64,000 bases of DNA from Akkermansiaceae bacterium (GCA_051251915.1 JBPOGF010000017.1:1-64000); one strand, 5' to 3'. Positions 1-10,003 are shown, numbered from the stretch's first letter. Program-made: numbers and translations. Notes: generated from the letters alone by a model not told the origin.

Positions 1-100
1 CCATAGACAGGCTTTTTCTGATAGTATTTTCTAACAGAAATTCATCGATGAGTCCCCTTAAGTCCGTGCCATTCGGGTCTGTCCCTCTATGAAAAAAGGC

Positions 101-134
101 TTGATCTGATTCTGCGTGATGCTATTGTAACTTA
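101..134 (+). promoter_or_regulatory. sigma70-like promoter, probably leaderless, for the RAYT gene
   Basis: TTGATC(101-106)-16 nt-TATTGT(123-128, preceded by TGc)-6 nt-ATG(135). Confidence 0.5.
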
Positions 135-1319
135 ATGAGAATGAAACGTGAGTTGAAGTTGATTCCTGGGTATGAGGAGCGGGCGGGGATTTATCATGTG
201 GTGGCGAGGACGGTGTGGAAGACGTTTCTTTTTGGGGAGGCGGAGAAGGAGTATTTAAGGGCTACGATGAGGAATTATGAGGCTTTTTGTGGGGTGCGGG
301 TGTTGACGTATTGTTTGATGAGTAATCATTTTCATATCCTGGTGGAGGTGCCGGCTAAGAATGATGCTGATTTGCTGTTGGATGCTCCTGATGAGGTGTT
401 TTTGGAGAGGTTGGGGTGTATTTATAGTGAGGAGTTTGTGGAGGAGATGAGGGGGTGTTTTGAACGGTCTAGGGCTGATGCTGTGGAGGGCGATAGGCAG
501 GGGTTGAGGAATGATGAGGGGGTGAGTGCGGGGGAGCTTTCTGAAGTTTATATCCGTGGGGTGAAAGCTCGGTATACGCGTAGGATGTGTGATTTGAGTG
601 AGTTTGTGAAGTCGATCAAGCAGCGGTTTACGCAGTGGTATAATACGGAGAATGGGACGAAGGGGACGTTGTGGGAGGGGAGGTTTAAGAGTGAGTTGGT
701 GCAGAGAGGGTATGCGGCGCAGACGGTGGCTGGGTATATTGACTTGAATCCGCTGAGGGCTGGAATGGTGGAAGATCCGAAGGATTATCGGTGGTGTGGG
801 TATGGGGAGGCTTTGGCTGGGGTGAAGGAGGCTCAGTTGGGGCTGCTGAGTGTGATGCAGGGGGTGGAGAATGTGAGTCCGAATATGGAGTTGTTAGGGT
901 TGTTATCTACGGAGTGGAAAGAGGTGATGGATGGATATAGGATGGTGCTGGCTGTGGATGGGGTGGCAGCAGATCAGGGTGAGGATGTGAGGCCTATTCA
1001 GGGTGAGCGGAAATCTAGGCGAAGGAAGAAGCAGAAAGGGTTTAGTAGGGAGGAATCTACTAAAATTGTAGAGAATGGAGGGAAGTTGAGCCGGGCAGAA
1101 ATGCTGCGGTGTAGGGTGCGGTATTTTAGTGATGGTGTGGTGCTGGGTAGTAGGGAATTTGTGAATGATTTCTTTAAGCAACTTAAGGCTGTGACTCAAA
1201 GTGAGGCAGGGCAGGAGGAACGTTATAAGAAGCGGGAGACAGGGGCGAGGAAGATACGTCACGCAAAGGGAGATGAGCTGTTTAGTATGCGGCGGTTGGA
1301 GGTGGATGATATTAGCTAG
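135..1319 (+). mobile_element. REP-associated tyrosine transposase (RAYT / Y1 HUH transposase family)
   Basis: YHVVART N-terminus, YCLMSNHFHILV (HUH motif), LWEGRFKS, YIDLNPLRAGMV..P.DYRW (catalytic Tyr region). No flanking IS ends or REPs recognised. Confidence 0.85.
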
Positions 1320-1384
1320 TTTTTATGAATAAGGGTCTACTGATTTTAGTTTCATTTGTCGTGTTAATGATGGGTAAATAGAAA

Positions 1385-1419
1385 TTGTCATCAATTGAGC
1401 AATGGTTTAGTGTGTTGGA
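1385..1419 (+). promoter_or_regulatory. sigma70-like promoter, probably leaderless, for the MOSC gene
   Basis: TTGTCA(1385-1390)-17 nt-TAGTGT(1408-1413)-6 nt-ATG(1420). Confidence 0.6.
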
Positions 1420-1911
1420 ATGACGATTACCATTAAACATCTGTATATTTCGCCAGATTCTAAATATTATGCGAGTGACGAGGAGGCTTCTGCTGATCAT
1501 GTGATGATAGAGCGGACTAGTATTGACCTGAAAGCAGGTGAGGGAATTGAGAATGATTATTTTTTGGGGGCTGATGAGGCACACCATGGACAGATTACCT
1601 TTTTTGACTGGGAGGTGTTTAAGACCGTGCGTGATGAAATCGTGAAGGGTGATTTGCGTCCTTCGAATTTTCAGCGGAATATTTTCATCGAGGGAATCGA
1701 TCTGCATGGATTGATCGGTAAGCGCTTTATGTTAGGTGGGATTGAATTCATGGGGAAGTGTGAAACTTCTCCAAGCCCGTGGATGGATGAGGAGTGTGCT
1801 GATGGGGTGCATGATTCTTTGAAGAGCCGTGCGGGTATCATTTCAAGTATCTTGAATGATGGGAGGCTGGATTGTGGTAACTATGAGTTGGAAGTGCTCG
1901 GTGATGCTTGA
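1420..1911 (+). CDS. MOSC domain-containing protein (degenerate Cys motif)
   Basis: GEGIENDYF, GQITFF, FQRNIFIEGIDL..LIGKRF.LGG match the MOSC/YiiM pattern. Confidence 0.7.
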   Translation: MTITIKHLYISPDSKYYASDEEASADHVMIERTSIDLKAGEGIENDYFLGADEAHHGQITFFDWEVFKTVRDEIVKGDLRPSNFQRNIFIEGIDLHGLIGKRFMLGGIEFMGKCETSPSPWMDEECADGVHDSLKSRAGIISSILNDGRLDCGNYELEVLGDA

Positions 1912-1933
1912 TTTGTTGTAAGATTTTATTAAC

Positions 1934-1967
1934 AAAAGAGCCTTCTGGATTATCTCCAGAAGGCTCT
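1934..1967 (-). terminator. intrinsic terminator hairpin between convergent genes
   Basis: 13-bp perfect stem AGAGCCTTCTGGA/TCCAGAAGGCTCT with an A-run on the left (U-tract on the minus strand). Confidence 0.7.
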
Positions 1968-2019
1968 GATACAGTTAGGAATTGAGTAGAGGTAAGTTTT
2001 TGGGTCCCGTGACTTGTCG

Positions 2020-2448
2020 TTAAGATAGGGAATGTAGTCCGATGATGTTGCCTTCGGAGTCTTGCACCATGGCGATGCATCCGTATTCTCCGATGGAGAA
2101 TTTTGACTGGATGACAGTTCCGCCTGCGGCTGCAACGCGTGATTCTTCGGTCGCGCAGTCATCACAAGAGAAGTAGACTAGTGTGCCGCCAACTCCGGGG
2201 GCAAAGCCTTCCATTTTGGCGAGTGCGCCACATGCTCCGGGAAGCTCTGCTTTGCAGTCATCGCCTTGGCTACTAGACGCAGCATGCATTGGGAATGCTA
2301 GCATTTCTACTGGTGGGCAGTCTGGTGATTCTGGACTAGGTAATGGCTCCATGCTGACTGCGAGTATGGTTTCATAGAATTTCTTGGCTCGGTCCATGTC
2401 TTCGACATAGATTTCAAACCAACCAACTGGGTTACGTTTATTGCTCAT
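2020..2448 (-). CDS. VOC/glyoxalase family protein
   Basis: NPVGWFEIYVEDMDRAKKFY ... LVYF ... DSEGNIIGLHS. Confidence 0.9.
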   Translation of the reverse strand: MSNKRNPVGWFEIYVEDMDRAKKFYETILAVSMEPLPSPESPDCPPVEMLAFPMHAASSSQGDDCKAELPGACGALAKMEGFAPGVGGTLVYFSCDDCATEESRVAAAGGTVIQSKFSIGEYGCIAMVQDSEGNIIGLHSLS

Positions 2449-2481
2449 AATTTATGTTTGTGTTTTATTAAGGAAAAATGT

Positions 2482-3354
2482 TTATAGCGAACTGGTGTCT
2501 CCGGGGCGGGATAGTGGTCTATTCAGTGGTATTGGGAGTTTGCCCATGCCGCCATCGCCGCTGCGTTTTTGTGCTTTGAGTGCGCTGGCGAGTGCGCTTG
2601 CCATGCGGTCTCTGTAGCTAGACTTAGAGAGTAATCTTCTTTCTGAGCTGTTAGATAGGTAACCAATTTCCACAAGGACACATGGGATCTGTGGGTTTCG
2701 GGTTAGTCTAAGTCGCCTTCTTACGAGTCCTCGGCTGCGTTCATGTGAGCTGACTGCTTCCATTGCTCGCTGCATCCGCTTAGCTAGGCTGTAGCTGTCT
2801 ACACGGAAATAATAGGTTTCAGGGCCTCTCACGGAACTTGATCTGGCGTGATTGAGGTGGATGCTTACTAGGACGGCATTATCGAATTTGTGAGTGGCGC
2901 TCACGCGTCTATCAAGATCGATGTAGTAATCACCATTTCTGATGAATACTGCTTTGAAGCTGCCGCGTAATTTGTCACGGAGTCTGCGTGCTATGTCTAG
3001 GGCTAGTGTTTTTTCTGAGATTCCGGCAACGACGGCTCCTGGATCTCTTCCGCCATGACCAGCATCGATGATTACAGTGGTGAAATTTTTAGGGCCAGGT
3101 TTATGTCCTAATCTGTCCTTTGTTTTACTGGATGAATAGGAAGTATAGTTGGTGCTGACTAGTTGCTGAGGAGAGGTAGGGGTGTATCCTGGGGAGTGAG
3201 GAAGCTCGCGTCCGTAGCTTCCGTATTCGGTGTAACTTGATCCATATGATGCTCCATATCCACCTGAGCTGCTGCTTGTGGAGCAAGCGCTCATCATCAT
3301 AGCCAAGAGCGCGGCAACGCTCATCATTCCTAACATCATCCGTGGAGGTTTCAT
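2482..3354 (-). CDS. N-acetylmuramoyl-L-alanine amidase (Amidase_3), putative lipoprotein
   Basis: VIIDAGHGGRDPGA, SEK, VSIHLN, VLVEIGYLSN; lipobox-like MSAC. Confidence 0.9.
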   Translation of the reverse strand: MKPPRMMLGMMSVAALLAMMMSACSTSSSSGGYGASYGSSYTEYGSYGRELPHSPGYTPTSPQQLVSTNYTSYSSSKTKDRLGHKPGPKNFTTVIIDAGHGGRDPGAVVAGISEKTLALDIARRLRDKLRGSFKAVFIRNGDYYIDLDRRVSATHKFDNAVLVSIHLNHARSSSVRGPETYYFRVDSYSLAKRMQRAMEAVSSHERSRGLVRRRLRLTRNPQIPCVLVEIGYLSNSSERRLLSKSSYRDRMASALASALKAQKRSGDGGMGKLPIPLNRPLSRPGDTSSL

Positions 3355-3466
3355 ATCTCACAAAATAAAATATGGCATCCCACATGACCAGCCAATAAGA
3401 CATCCTTAAGTTTGCTTAGCAAACCTGGTTAGGACTTAAGATGAATCCTGGGAGGGTGGTAGAACC

Positions 3467-6400
3467 TTATTCTACGATCATGACGCCTTGCATGACTGTC
3501 CAGTGGCCTGGGAAGGTGCAGAGGAATGGGTAGGAGCCGGGGGTGGTGGGGGCTTTGAATTTGAGTTCTTCGGTTTGGTTTGGGTTTACGAGTTTGGATG
3601 CGTGGAGGACTTCTTTTGAGTCTGGGACGTAGGCTTTCTTGATGGCGTCTGGATCACCGGCCATTTTGTCTGCAAGTGCGCCGATTTTTTCCTTACTTCC
3701 TGGTGCTAGGATGATGAGGTTGTGGAGCATGCTGTCTGGGTTTTGGAAGATGAGGCGGACGTCTGAGCCGGCTTTGACGCGGAATTCTGTGGGGGAGAAT
3801 TTCATCTGGTGGGGGACGGCTTGGATGCGGATGGCTCCGGCGAATTTTTCTTGGTCTTTTTGGTAGGCTTGGTTGAGTTTGTCTAGTGATGCTTTGGTGT
3901 TAGAGTATGTGGCGTCTGTTAGGGCTTCTCCGATGAGGTCGTAGATGTAGATTTTTTGTTTACCGGCTTTTTTGCCGTCTTTGATTTTGACGTCGATGAC
4001 GTTGATGCCTTTTTTGAGGGACATGGAGACTTGTTGGTCTTTGCTCCAGCGCTCGTTGTCTGAGAGGAGGAGGGTGCCGTTTACGCTGACGTCGATGTAG
4101 TTGAAGACGGTGCTGAGGATGGCGGGCTGCTCGGTGTTGGAGTGGATGAAGGTGCGGTAGGAGCCATCGGTGAAGGTGCTGGTTTTGCTGTTGTCGAAGG
4201 TGGTTGGGTCTTGCTTGCCGCTAGGGTCTGAGTAGTTCCAGAAGCGGACGTGTGCTTTAGGTGAGACTGAGAGAACGGGGATACTGCGGGCTTTGTGGGC
4301 GGCGGTACCGTGTTCTAGGTCCTTGAGCATTTGTTTAATGACTTTGTTTTTTGGTGATATTTCTTTAGCTAGGTCAATGATGGCGGGGAGTTCTTTTTGC
4401 ATGTGTGCGATGGCGTCTACTACTGCCATTTGGACTCTTGGGTGTGGGTCGCTGAGGACGGATTTGATTTGGTTTGTGGGTGTGGGTAGGCGATTTGCTT
4501 GGAGGCGGATGGTGTGGATGGCGGCTGCGCGCATGAGGGGGGATTTGGAGACGAGGAGTGTGTCAATGAGATGGGAGTATGTTTTCCCAAGGCCTTCGGC
4601 GGTGAAGATGGCTTCTAGGATGGCTTCATCGTAGGATGGGTTGTCTTTGTCTAGGGAGGCGACCCAGCTTTCTAGGGCTTTGAGGCCTGCTTCGCCGTGT
4701 TTGCGGAGTTCGATGCGGGCGTGGTTTCTGACGAGGTCGTTGGTGGACTTGAGGAGCTTGCAGAGGTCTTGTGGTGATGCGCCTGCGATGGTGGGAAATT
4801 TGGTGTTGATGGGGTTTTTCTTATTGATGACTCTCCAGATTCTGCCGTGTTGGTGGTCCCAGTTTGGGTCGCGCATTTTGTGCTGGGCGTGGCCGATGAT
4901 GGGGCTGCAGAAGTCTGAGATGTAGAGTCCGCCGTCCATGCCGAAGGCGACTGCAGCTGGTCTGAAGGCGGCGTTTGGTGAGCTGACGAGGTCGAGTTTT
5001 TCGGTGACTTTTATTTTGCCGTCGTCGAAGCTAGTTTGGCTGATGGAGACGGTGTAGTTTCCAAGTAGTGATGCTGAGGCGATTCCATTTTGGTAGTCTT
5101 GTGGGAAGTTTTCGCTAGAGATGAGTGCGGCGGCGGAGCCTTTGCCGTAGCCGAGGATTTGGCCGTGTTTGAATGGGTGGTATACGCCGAGTGGGGTCCA
5201 GGTGAGCATGAGGGAGTCGACGACGATGCCGTCACCATACATTTGGTAGTTATTTCCCCAGCGGTCAAAGGTGGGTTGCCATGGGTTAGGGATGGCGCTT
5301 TGCCATTCTGTTCTGACTTCGCCGGTGTTGAGGTTGTGTCTGTAGGTGGTGGCGTCTATTCCGCGGTGGACTCCGAAGGGGGTCTCTAGTTGTGATCTGA
5401 GGAATACGCCGTCTGAGAATACGATGCCGCCGTAGGGGTCTGCGGAGAGCATTCCGCCGTGGTGGGAGTCTGTCATGTCTATGCCTCTGAGAAGCTCTTG
5501 GAGTGAGTCTGCGCGGTCATCTCCATTTTCATCTGGTGCCAGGAGGTGTCTTGGCTGAGCGGAGATGATGGGGCCTTTGTGATGGAAGGTGATGCCGTCT
5601 AGGGCATCGAACCCGTCTGCGTAGACGGTTGATTTGTCAGCTTTTCCGTCGTTGTCAGTGTCTTCTAGGATGAGGATTTTGTCTTCTTGTGGGAGGCCAG
5701 GGACGGTGTGTGGGAAGGATGGCATGGTGACTACCCAGAGGCGGCCTTTGGCGTCGAATGCGATCTGGACTGGGTTGCGGAGTTCTGGGAATTCTTCTTC
5801 TGAGGCGAAGAGTGTGACCTCGTAGTCGTCTGCGACTTTGAATTCAGCCATGGCTTCTGCTGGCGATTTGATGATGCCGGTTCCTTTTCTGCCGCCTTTA
5901 CCTTTGACGGGTGCCATGGGTGGGAGTGAAGGTTTATCGATGGCGGAGAATTTTAGAGTTGGACTGGCTAGGAGTTTTTCGATGACTTTGTCTGATTGGT
6001 CGACGAGTTGGAAATAGCGTGGGATTTCTGCTTTGTATTCGTCTGGGCGCTGGCGGACTCCGAAGTATACTACGGAGTTTTTAGGGCGCGCTATTTCTGC
6101 TACGTAGCCGTGTTTTTGGCTGGCTGCTTGCGCTACTTGATCGAGCCGATTACTGTCGAGGCTTTTGGTATCGGTACCTGTGATTTGGTCAGCGAGGGCT
6201 TTTGCTAGGATGTTATTTCCTAGGTCATTGAGATGGATGCCATTGGTGGTGAGCGGTATTTCTGAGGCTGCGTAGGCTTTTTTGCTGGGGGAGTAGGCAT
6301 CGACAAATTTCATTTTGTGCTCGGTTGCAATTTGCTTAATGGCCTCCGAATACAGTTCGAGGTGTTTACTCAACTCCTCTTTGTTGAGGCACTGGCAGTT

Positions 6401-6877
6401 CACGACGCATGCCTCACCCTTTTCCTTGATGACAGGGAACTGCTCTTCTTCTAATGCGATGGGTGAGAGTAGGATGAATCTGGCTTTGGGGTGGATGGCT
6501 GAAAGTTGTTTCAGGTAGGAGCTATATTGAGCCTTGAAGTCTTTTAAACCTTCTTGGCCGTGGAATGCTTCATTCAAGCCGAAGCCTAAGATGATGGTGT
6601 TCGATTTCCACTCGTCTAGAACCTTGGTGAGGTGTCTCACATAGCCTTCTGGGCGCAATCTGTATCCGACCTCATCACCGGTCCAAGCTAAGCTACGAAT
6701 ACTTAGAGCGGGCTGATTGCGTTTTTTTCTGGTCAGCTGTAAGCGAGCCTCTAGTTGGCCATTTTCTAGCAGACGTTCCACCATGGAGTTGCCATAAAAT
6801 AGCACGCTGTCATCTGCATCTGGCGCCGCTTGGAGTAGATTGATGCTGAGAAGTCCTGAGAGTAATAGTTTTCGCAT
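3467..6877 (-). CDS. Secreted multidomain protein: SGNH-hydrolase-like + PVC-type beta-propeller dehydrogenase-like + HEAT repeats + C-terminal azurin/plastocyanin-like cupredoxin
   Basis: Signal peptide; YGNSM...NGIHLN (SGNH-like); LFASEEEFPELRNPVQIAFDAKGRLWV and DTDNDGKADK; HGRIWRV; HPRVQMAVV (HEAT); HN...CTFPGHWTVM type-1 Cu ligands. Confidence 0.8.
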   Translation of the reverse strand: MRKLLLSGLLSINLLQAAPDADDSVLFYGNSMVERLLENGQLEARLQLTRKKRNQPALSIRSLAWTGDEVGYRLRPEGYVRHLTKVLDEWKSNTIILGFGLNEAFHGQEGLKDFKAQYSSYLKQLSAIHPKARFILLSPIALEEEQFPVIKEKGEACVVNCQCLNKEELSKHLELYSEAIKQIATEHKMKFVDAYSPSKKAYAASEIPLTTNGIHLNDLGNNILAKALADQITGTDTKSLDSNRLDQVAQAASQKHGYVAEIARPKNSVVYFGVRQRPDEYKAEIPRYFQLVDQSDKVIEKLLASPTLKFSAIDKPSLPPMAPVKGKGGRKGTGIIKSPAEAMAEFKVADDYEVTLFASEEEFPELRNPVQIAFDAKGRLWVVTMPSFPHTVPGLPQEDKILILEDTDNDGKADKSTVYADGFDALDGITFHHKGPIISAQPRHLLAPDENGDDRADSLQELLRGIDMTDSHHGGMLSADPYGGIVFSDGVFLRSQLETPFGVHRGIDATTYRHNLNTGEVRTEWQSAIPNPWQPTFDRWGNNYQMYGDGIVVDSLMLTWTPLGVYHPFKHGQILGYGKGSAAALISSENFPQDYQNGIASASLLGNYTVSISQTSFDDGKIKVTEKLDLVSSPNAAFRPAAVAFGMDGGLYISDFCSPIIGHAQHKMRDPNWDHQHGRIWRVINKKNPINTKFPTIAGASPQDLCKLLKSTNDLVRNHARIELRKHGEAGLKALESWVASLDKDNPSYDEAILEAIFTAEGLGKTYSHLIDTLLVSKSPLMRAAAIHTIRLQANRLPTPTNQIKSVLSDPHPRVQMAVVDAIAHMQKELPAIIDLAKEISPKNKVIKQMLKDLEHGTAAHKARSIPVLSVSPKAHVRFWNYSDPSGKQDPTTFDNSKTSTFTDGSYRTFIHSNTEQPAILSTVFNYIDVSVNGTLLLSDNERWSKDQQVSMSLKKGINVIDVKIKDGKKAGKQKIYIYDLIGEALTDATYSNTKASLDKLNQAYQKDQEKFAGAIRIQAVPHQMKFSPTEFRVKAGSDVRLIFQNPDSMLHNLIILAPGSKEKIGALADKMAGDPDAIKKAYVPDSKEVLHASKLVNPNQTEELKFKAPTTPGSYPFLCTFPGHWTVMQGVMIVE

Positions 6878-6992
6878 GGCATAAATTTACTTATTGCAGC
6901 CATTGAGTCTATCAAAAAACATTGCAGATAATTCTCCCAGCTTGCCAAGATGTATTTTAATGGGTAGTGTGGTTAGTGAATTTATAATCAAT

Positions 6993-7964
6993 ATGCGAAA
7001 CATTACTTCAATCATAGTAGTCATCACGGCCCTCAACACGTACGCGCTCCCTGATCCAGAGGTTGCGCCCGAGAAGGTATCAATTGCTTCACAAGCAGAT
7101 CAGTTGTTAAAGGATAAGAAGTATAAGGATGCCATAGTGCTCTTCGAGCAAGCGATCAAGGCTGCTAAAACGGATTCTGTTGAGGGAATACTTAGCAAGC
7201 ATAAGCTCATGGCGTCCCAGGGCTGGGCTCATCGGATGTTGAGGGAACAGGATGAGTATAAGAAGGTGCTTGAAGCTAGGTTTGAGATGATCACTGTAGC
7301 AGCTAAGAAACACCCTGATAATGTGGCTATAGCGCGAGCGCAGATAACCGATCTTGGCGCGATGTCGGGTCTCCACAATATGGTTAAAGAAAATAATGCA
7401 GTCATCAAACTTCGGCTTCAAGCGGTGGCGCTAGCGGATGGGCTGGTTGCTAAAAATGCTGGAGACCAAGAAGCTATGTTTACTCAGTTCAATGCCAAAT
7501 TAGCCTTAGCAAAGGCTTATCGATGGAGTAAAGAACAACGCCATGAAACATTACCTGTAGTGGATGAAGCTCTGGCCATCCTTGGTAAGATAGATCCGGA
7601 GACTATTCCTGAATGGATGACTAGAGAATACCTCATTTATCTTACGCTCAGCAATAAGGTAGCGGTCCAGACCTTGAGCAAGGAGTATAAGAATGCACTT
7701 GAGACCAATACTTTTTTGTTAGAGAAAACCAAACCGCTACTTACAAATAAAATTGCCACAGCTTATCATATTTCAGATCTAACTGGATCTTATTACCAAC
7801 AAGCACTCCTATATGAGAAGCTTGGTGAGAAGGAAACGGCACAGCAGAACCTTCAAAATCTACTCAACATGATTGATTCTGCTCTCGAGCGTTACCCTGA
7901 TAACGATAGATTACTTAGCGATAAAAAGCGCTTTGAAAAATGGAAGGGAAATGAACTGAGGTAA
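6993..7964 (+). CDS. Secreted TPR-like alpha-helical protein
   Basis: ATG 6993 gives a signal-peptide-like start (MRNITSIIVVITALNTYA); helical repeats such as YYQQALLYEKLGEKETAQQNL. Confidence 0.6.
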   Translation: MRNITSIIVVITALNTYALPDPEVAPEKVSIASQADQLLKDKKYKDAIVLFEQAIKAAKTDSVEGILSKHKLMASQGWAHRMLREQDEYKKVLEARFEMITVAAKKHPDNVAIARAQITDLGAMSGLHNMVKENNAVIKLRLQAVALADGLVAKNAGDQEAMFTQFNAKLALAKAYRWSKEQRHETLPVVDEALAILGKIDPETIPEWMTREYLIYLTLSNKVAVQTLSKEYKNALETNTFLLEKTKPLLTNKIATAYHISDLTGSYYQQALLYEKLGEKETAQQNLQNLLNMIDSALERYPDNDRLLSDKKRFEKWKGNELR

Positions 7965-7966
7965 CA

Positions 7967-8635
7967 TTATAACGGGATAGGCAACGTTTCTTTGCGGAAC
8001 CAACCTGTGATGCTTCTTCGCTCTCGATGTGCAGGTAGAACCTCGTGCCAAAATCTTTCTGCTAGGAAGACTACTAATCGACCCATTTGTGGCTGAATAT
8101 CTGTCCATTCTTGGCAAGTCTCGTCGGTGTAAAGTCTTAGCTGACCGCCATCACTCTCTTTCCATTCCTCGTTGAGATAAAGGATGATGGAGACTTGGCG
8201 GGCTCGGGTGTCCTTGTGTTGGTCTAGATGTTTCTTGTAGAAAGCGCCTTCTGGGTAAACTGCAAAATGCCCCTCCCAGCTATCCACTCCGATATAAAGT
8301 TCACGGTTCAGTCTGAGTCGCATTCCTTCTAGGAAATCGTAATAGGGAGCAGTTTCAGTATTCGCTTCGTTTGGGTCCATCCAGAGAACGCGGTCTGATC
8401 TTAGTTCTGATCTGACTTGGAGTTTGTTTCCTCGGCCGACTCCAGCGCGGACGAATTCGCCTTGTTGCCAAAGCTCTTCACACATGTTTAGCAGGGTGGA
8501 GACTTTTGATTTATTGAGTGCTTGGTCAAAAACGCACCAACCTTTATCGACTAGACCGTCTATTAAGGTATCGTAAACTTCGTCAGTCAAAGGTTCACTT
8601 TCAGCGAAAGCGTCACCCGATTTTATGATTTTCAT
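7967..8635 (-). CDS. 2OG-Fe(II) oxygenase (SM-20/prolyl-hydroxylase-like)
   Basis: RSDRVLW, FYKKHLD, ILYLNEEW...GGQLRLY, HEVLP..RRSITGWF. Confidence 0.9.
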   Translation of the reverse strand: MKIIKSGDAFAESEPLTDEVYDTLIDGLVDKGWCVFDQALNKSKVSTLLNMCEELWQQGEFVRAGVGRGNKLQVRSELRSDRVLWMDPNEANTETAPYYDFLEGMRLRLNRELYIGVDSWEGHFAVYPEGAFYKKHLDQHKDTRARQVSIILYLNEEWKESDGGQLRLYTDETCQEWTDIQPQMGRLVVFLAERFWHEVLPAHRERRSITGWFRKETLPIPL

Positions 8636-8766
8636 TCTCGAAAATAGCCACCACGGTCCATTGTGTAGGTGAGTAGCTATTTAGTATCTATCTGCTTTAT
8701 GAGTATTTACAATATCTATTAATTTGGGTTGTTGGTATTTTGAAGATAATGTAATCAGGGGGAATC

Positions 8767-9105
8767 ATGGAGCATATTGAATGGGGAGATTTTCAGAAGG
8801 TGGACATTCGGGTGGGGACGATTGTGGGGGTGGAGGATTTTCCGAAGGCGCGGAGGCCTGCTTATCAGTTGATGGTGGATTTTGGGGAGGAGCTAGGGGT
8901 GAAGAAATCTAGTGCTCAGATTACGGATCTTTATTCTAAGGAATCGCTTTTGGGGAAGCAGGTGCTGGCGGTGGTGAATTTTCCGCCTAAGCAGATTGGG
9001 CCGATGATGTCTGAGTGTTTGGTGACTGGGTTGCATCGGCCGGATGGGTCTGTGGTTCTTTCTGCGGTTGATATGGAGTTGCCGAATGGGGCTCGGTTGG
9101 CGTAA
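8767..9105 (+). CDS. csaA: tRNA-binding protein / export chaperone CsaA
   Basis: DFQKVDIRVGTI...ARRPAYQL.VDFG...SSAQIT...VVNFPPKQIGP..SECLVTG. Confidence 0.9.
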   Translation: MEHIEWGDFQKVDIRVGTIVGVEDFPKARRPAYQLMVDFGEELGVKKSSAQITDLYSKESLLGKQVLAVVNFPPKQIGPMMSECLVTGLHRPDGSVVLSAVDMELPNGARLA

Positions 9106-9282
9106 CGAGGGAAAAGCTGGTGATGTGAAAAATGATGAATCTAGTGTGGTTCTTTTTGAAATAGGATTCCTTCTGGTTTTGCTTTACTTTGAGGGGCTGA
9201 GTTCATAATTACTTGGTGGTTGATAGTATGCTTTTTGTGAGCAACTAGGTCTACATGGTTACGATTTTAGAATGATAAAAAA

Positions 9283-9870
9283 ATGTTAGGAAATAAGGTA
9301 TCTCAGTTTATAAAAAGACGTTATTTAGTAGCTCCAGAGGGCGTGGATTGTGTGATAGCGAAGGATGCATCTCAGGAGTTTGTGAAGGAGGAGGTGCCGA
9401 ATCCTGTAGTGAAATCTGATCCGGTGGCTGTTGCTGCGCCTGAAATAGAGCCAGAGCTGACGCCTGAACCGGTGGTGGAGTTGGATCAAGAGATGGTGGA
9501 TTATGAGAAATCTAACCAAGGCCGGAGTTATGGTTGGTGGGTGTGTCTGGATGGTGAGCGTGTGGCGACGTTAGAGTATCGCTGTTTGTTAGAGGAGCCG
9601 GTGCATCTTTATGCGGTGAATGTGCTCGATGATAAATTTTTACGGATCGATCTGGATACAGAAAAATGGCTGAAGCCGAATGTGACGCTGCAGAGTAGGT
9701 ATGCGGAGAGTTACATCAAGTCTGGGCTTAGCATGGCGGCGGTGGGGAATCAGATGATTGTGGTGGAGGATCTGTTGATTCCTGAGACTTATTTCCATAA
9801 GCAATATGAGGAAATGGGGGAATTCCACGACAAGTTGGTGGAGCAGGCGAAGAGCAATTCTAAAGGGTAG
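9283..9870 (+). CDS. hypothetical protein
   Basis: 195-aa ORF with codon usage like neighbouring + strand genes; Pro/Glu-rich linker. Confidence 0.6.
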   Translation: MLGNKVSQFIKRRYLVAPEGVDCVIAKDASQEFVKEEVPNPVVKSDPVAVAAPEIEPELTPEPVVELDQEMVDYEKSNQGRSYGWWVCLDGERVATLEYRCLLEEPVHLYAVNVLDDKFLRIDLDTEKWLKPNVTLQSRYAESYIKSGLSMAAVGNQMIVVEDLLIPETYFHKQYEEMGEFHDKLVEQAKSNSKG

Positions 9871-9926
9871 TGTGAGGTCACTGTGGCCTGATCTCGTTTT
9901 AAGGTGTGAAGATTGTTTTATAAAAA

Positions 9927-10003
9927 TGGTCGGGACTACAGGATTCGAACCTGCGGCCTCTGCACCCCCAGTGCAACGCGCTACCAAACTGCGCCAAGTC
10001 CCG
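9927..10003 (-). tRNA. tRNA-Pro (GGG)
   Basis: Reverse complement CGGGACTTGGCGCAGTTTGGTAGCGCGTTGCACTGGGGGTGCAGAGGCCGCAGGTTCGAATCCTGTAGTCCCGACCA; anticodon loop CT-GGG-GG, TTCGA T-loop, encoded CCA. Confidence 0.97.

Noticed and set aside
6300..6460. Local loss of skew and a Cys-containing stretch (ACVVNCQC) in the SGNH domain as a recombination patch
   Set aside because: Too short to separate from noise, and the reading frame is intact.
9871..10003. tRNA-Pro as an integration site for an island extending left
   Set aside because: I saw no integrase and no duplicate of the tRNA 3' end in the window, and the neighbouring genes have host-like composition.
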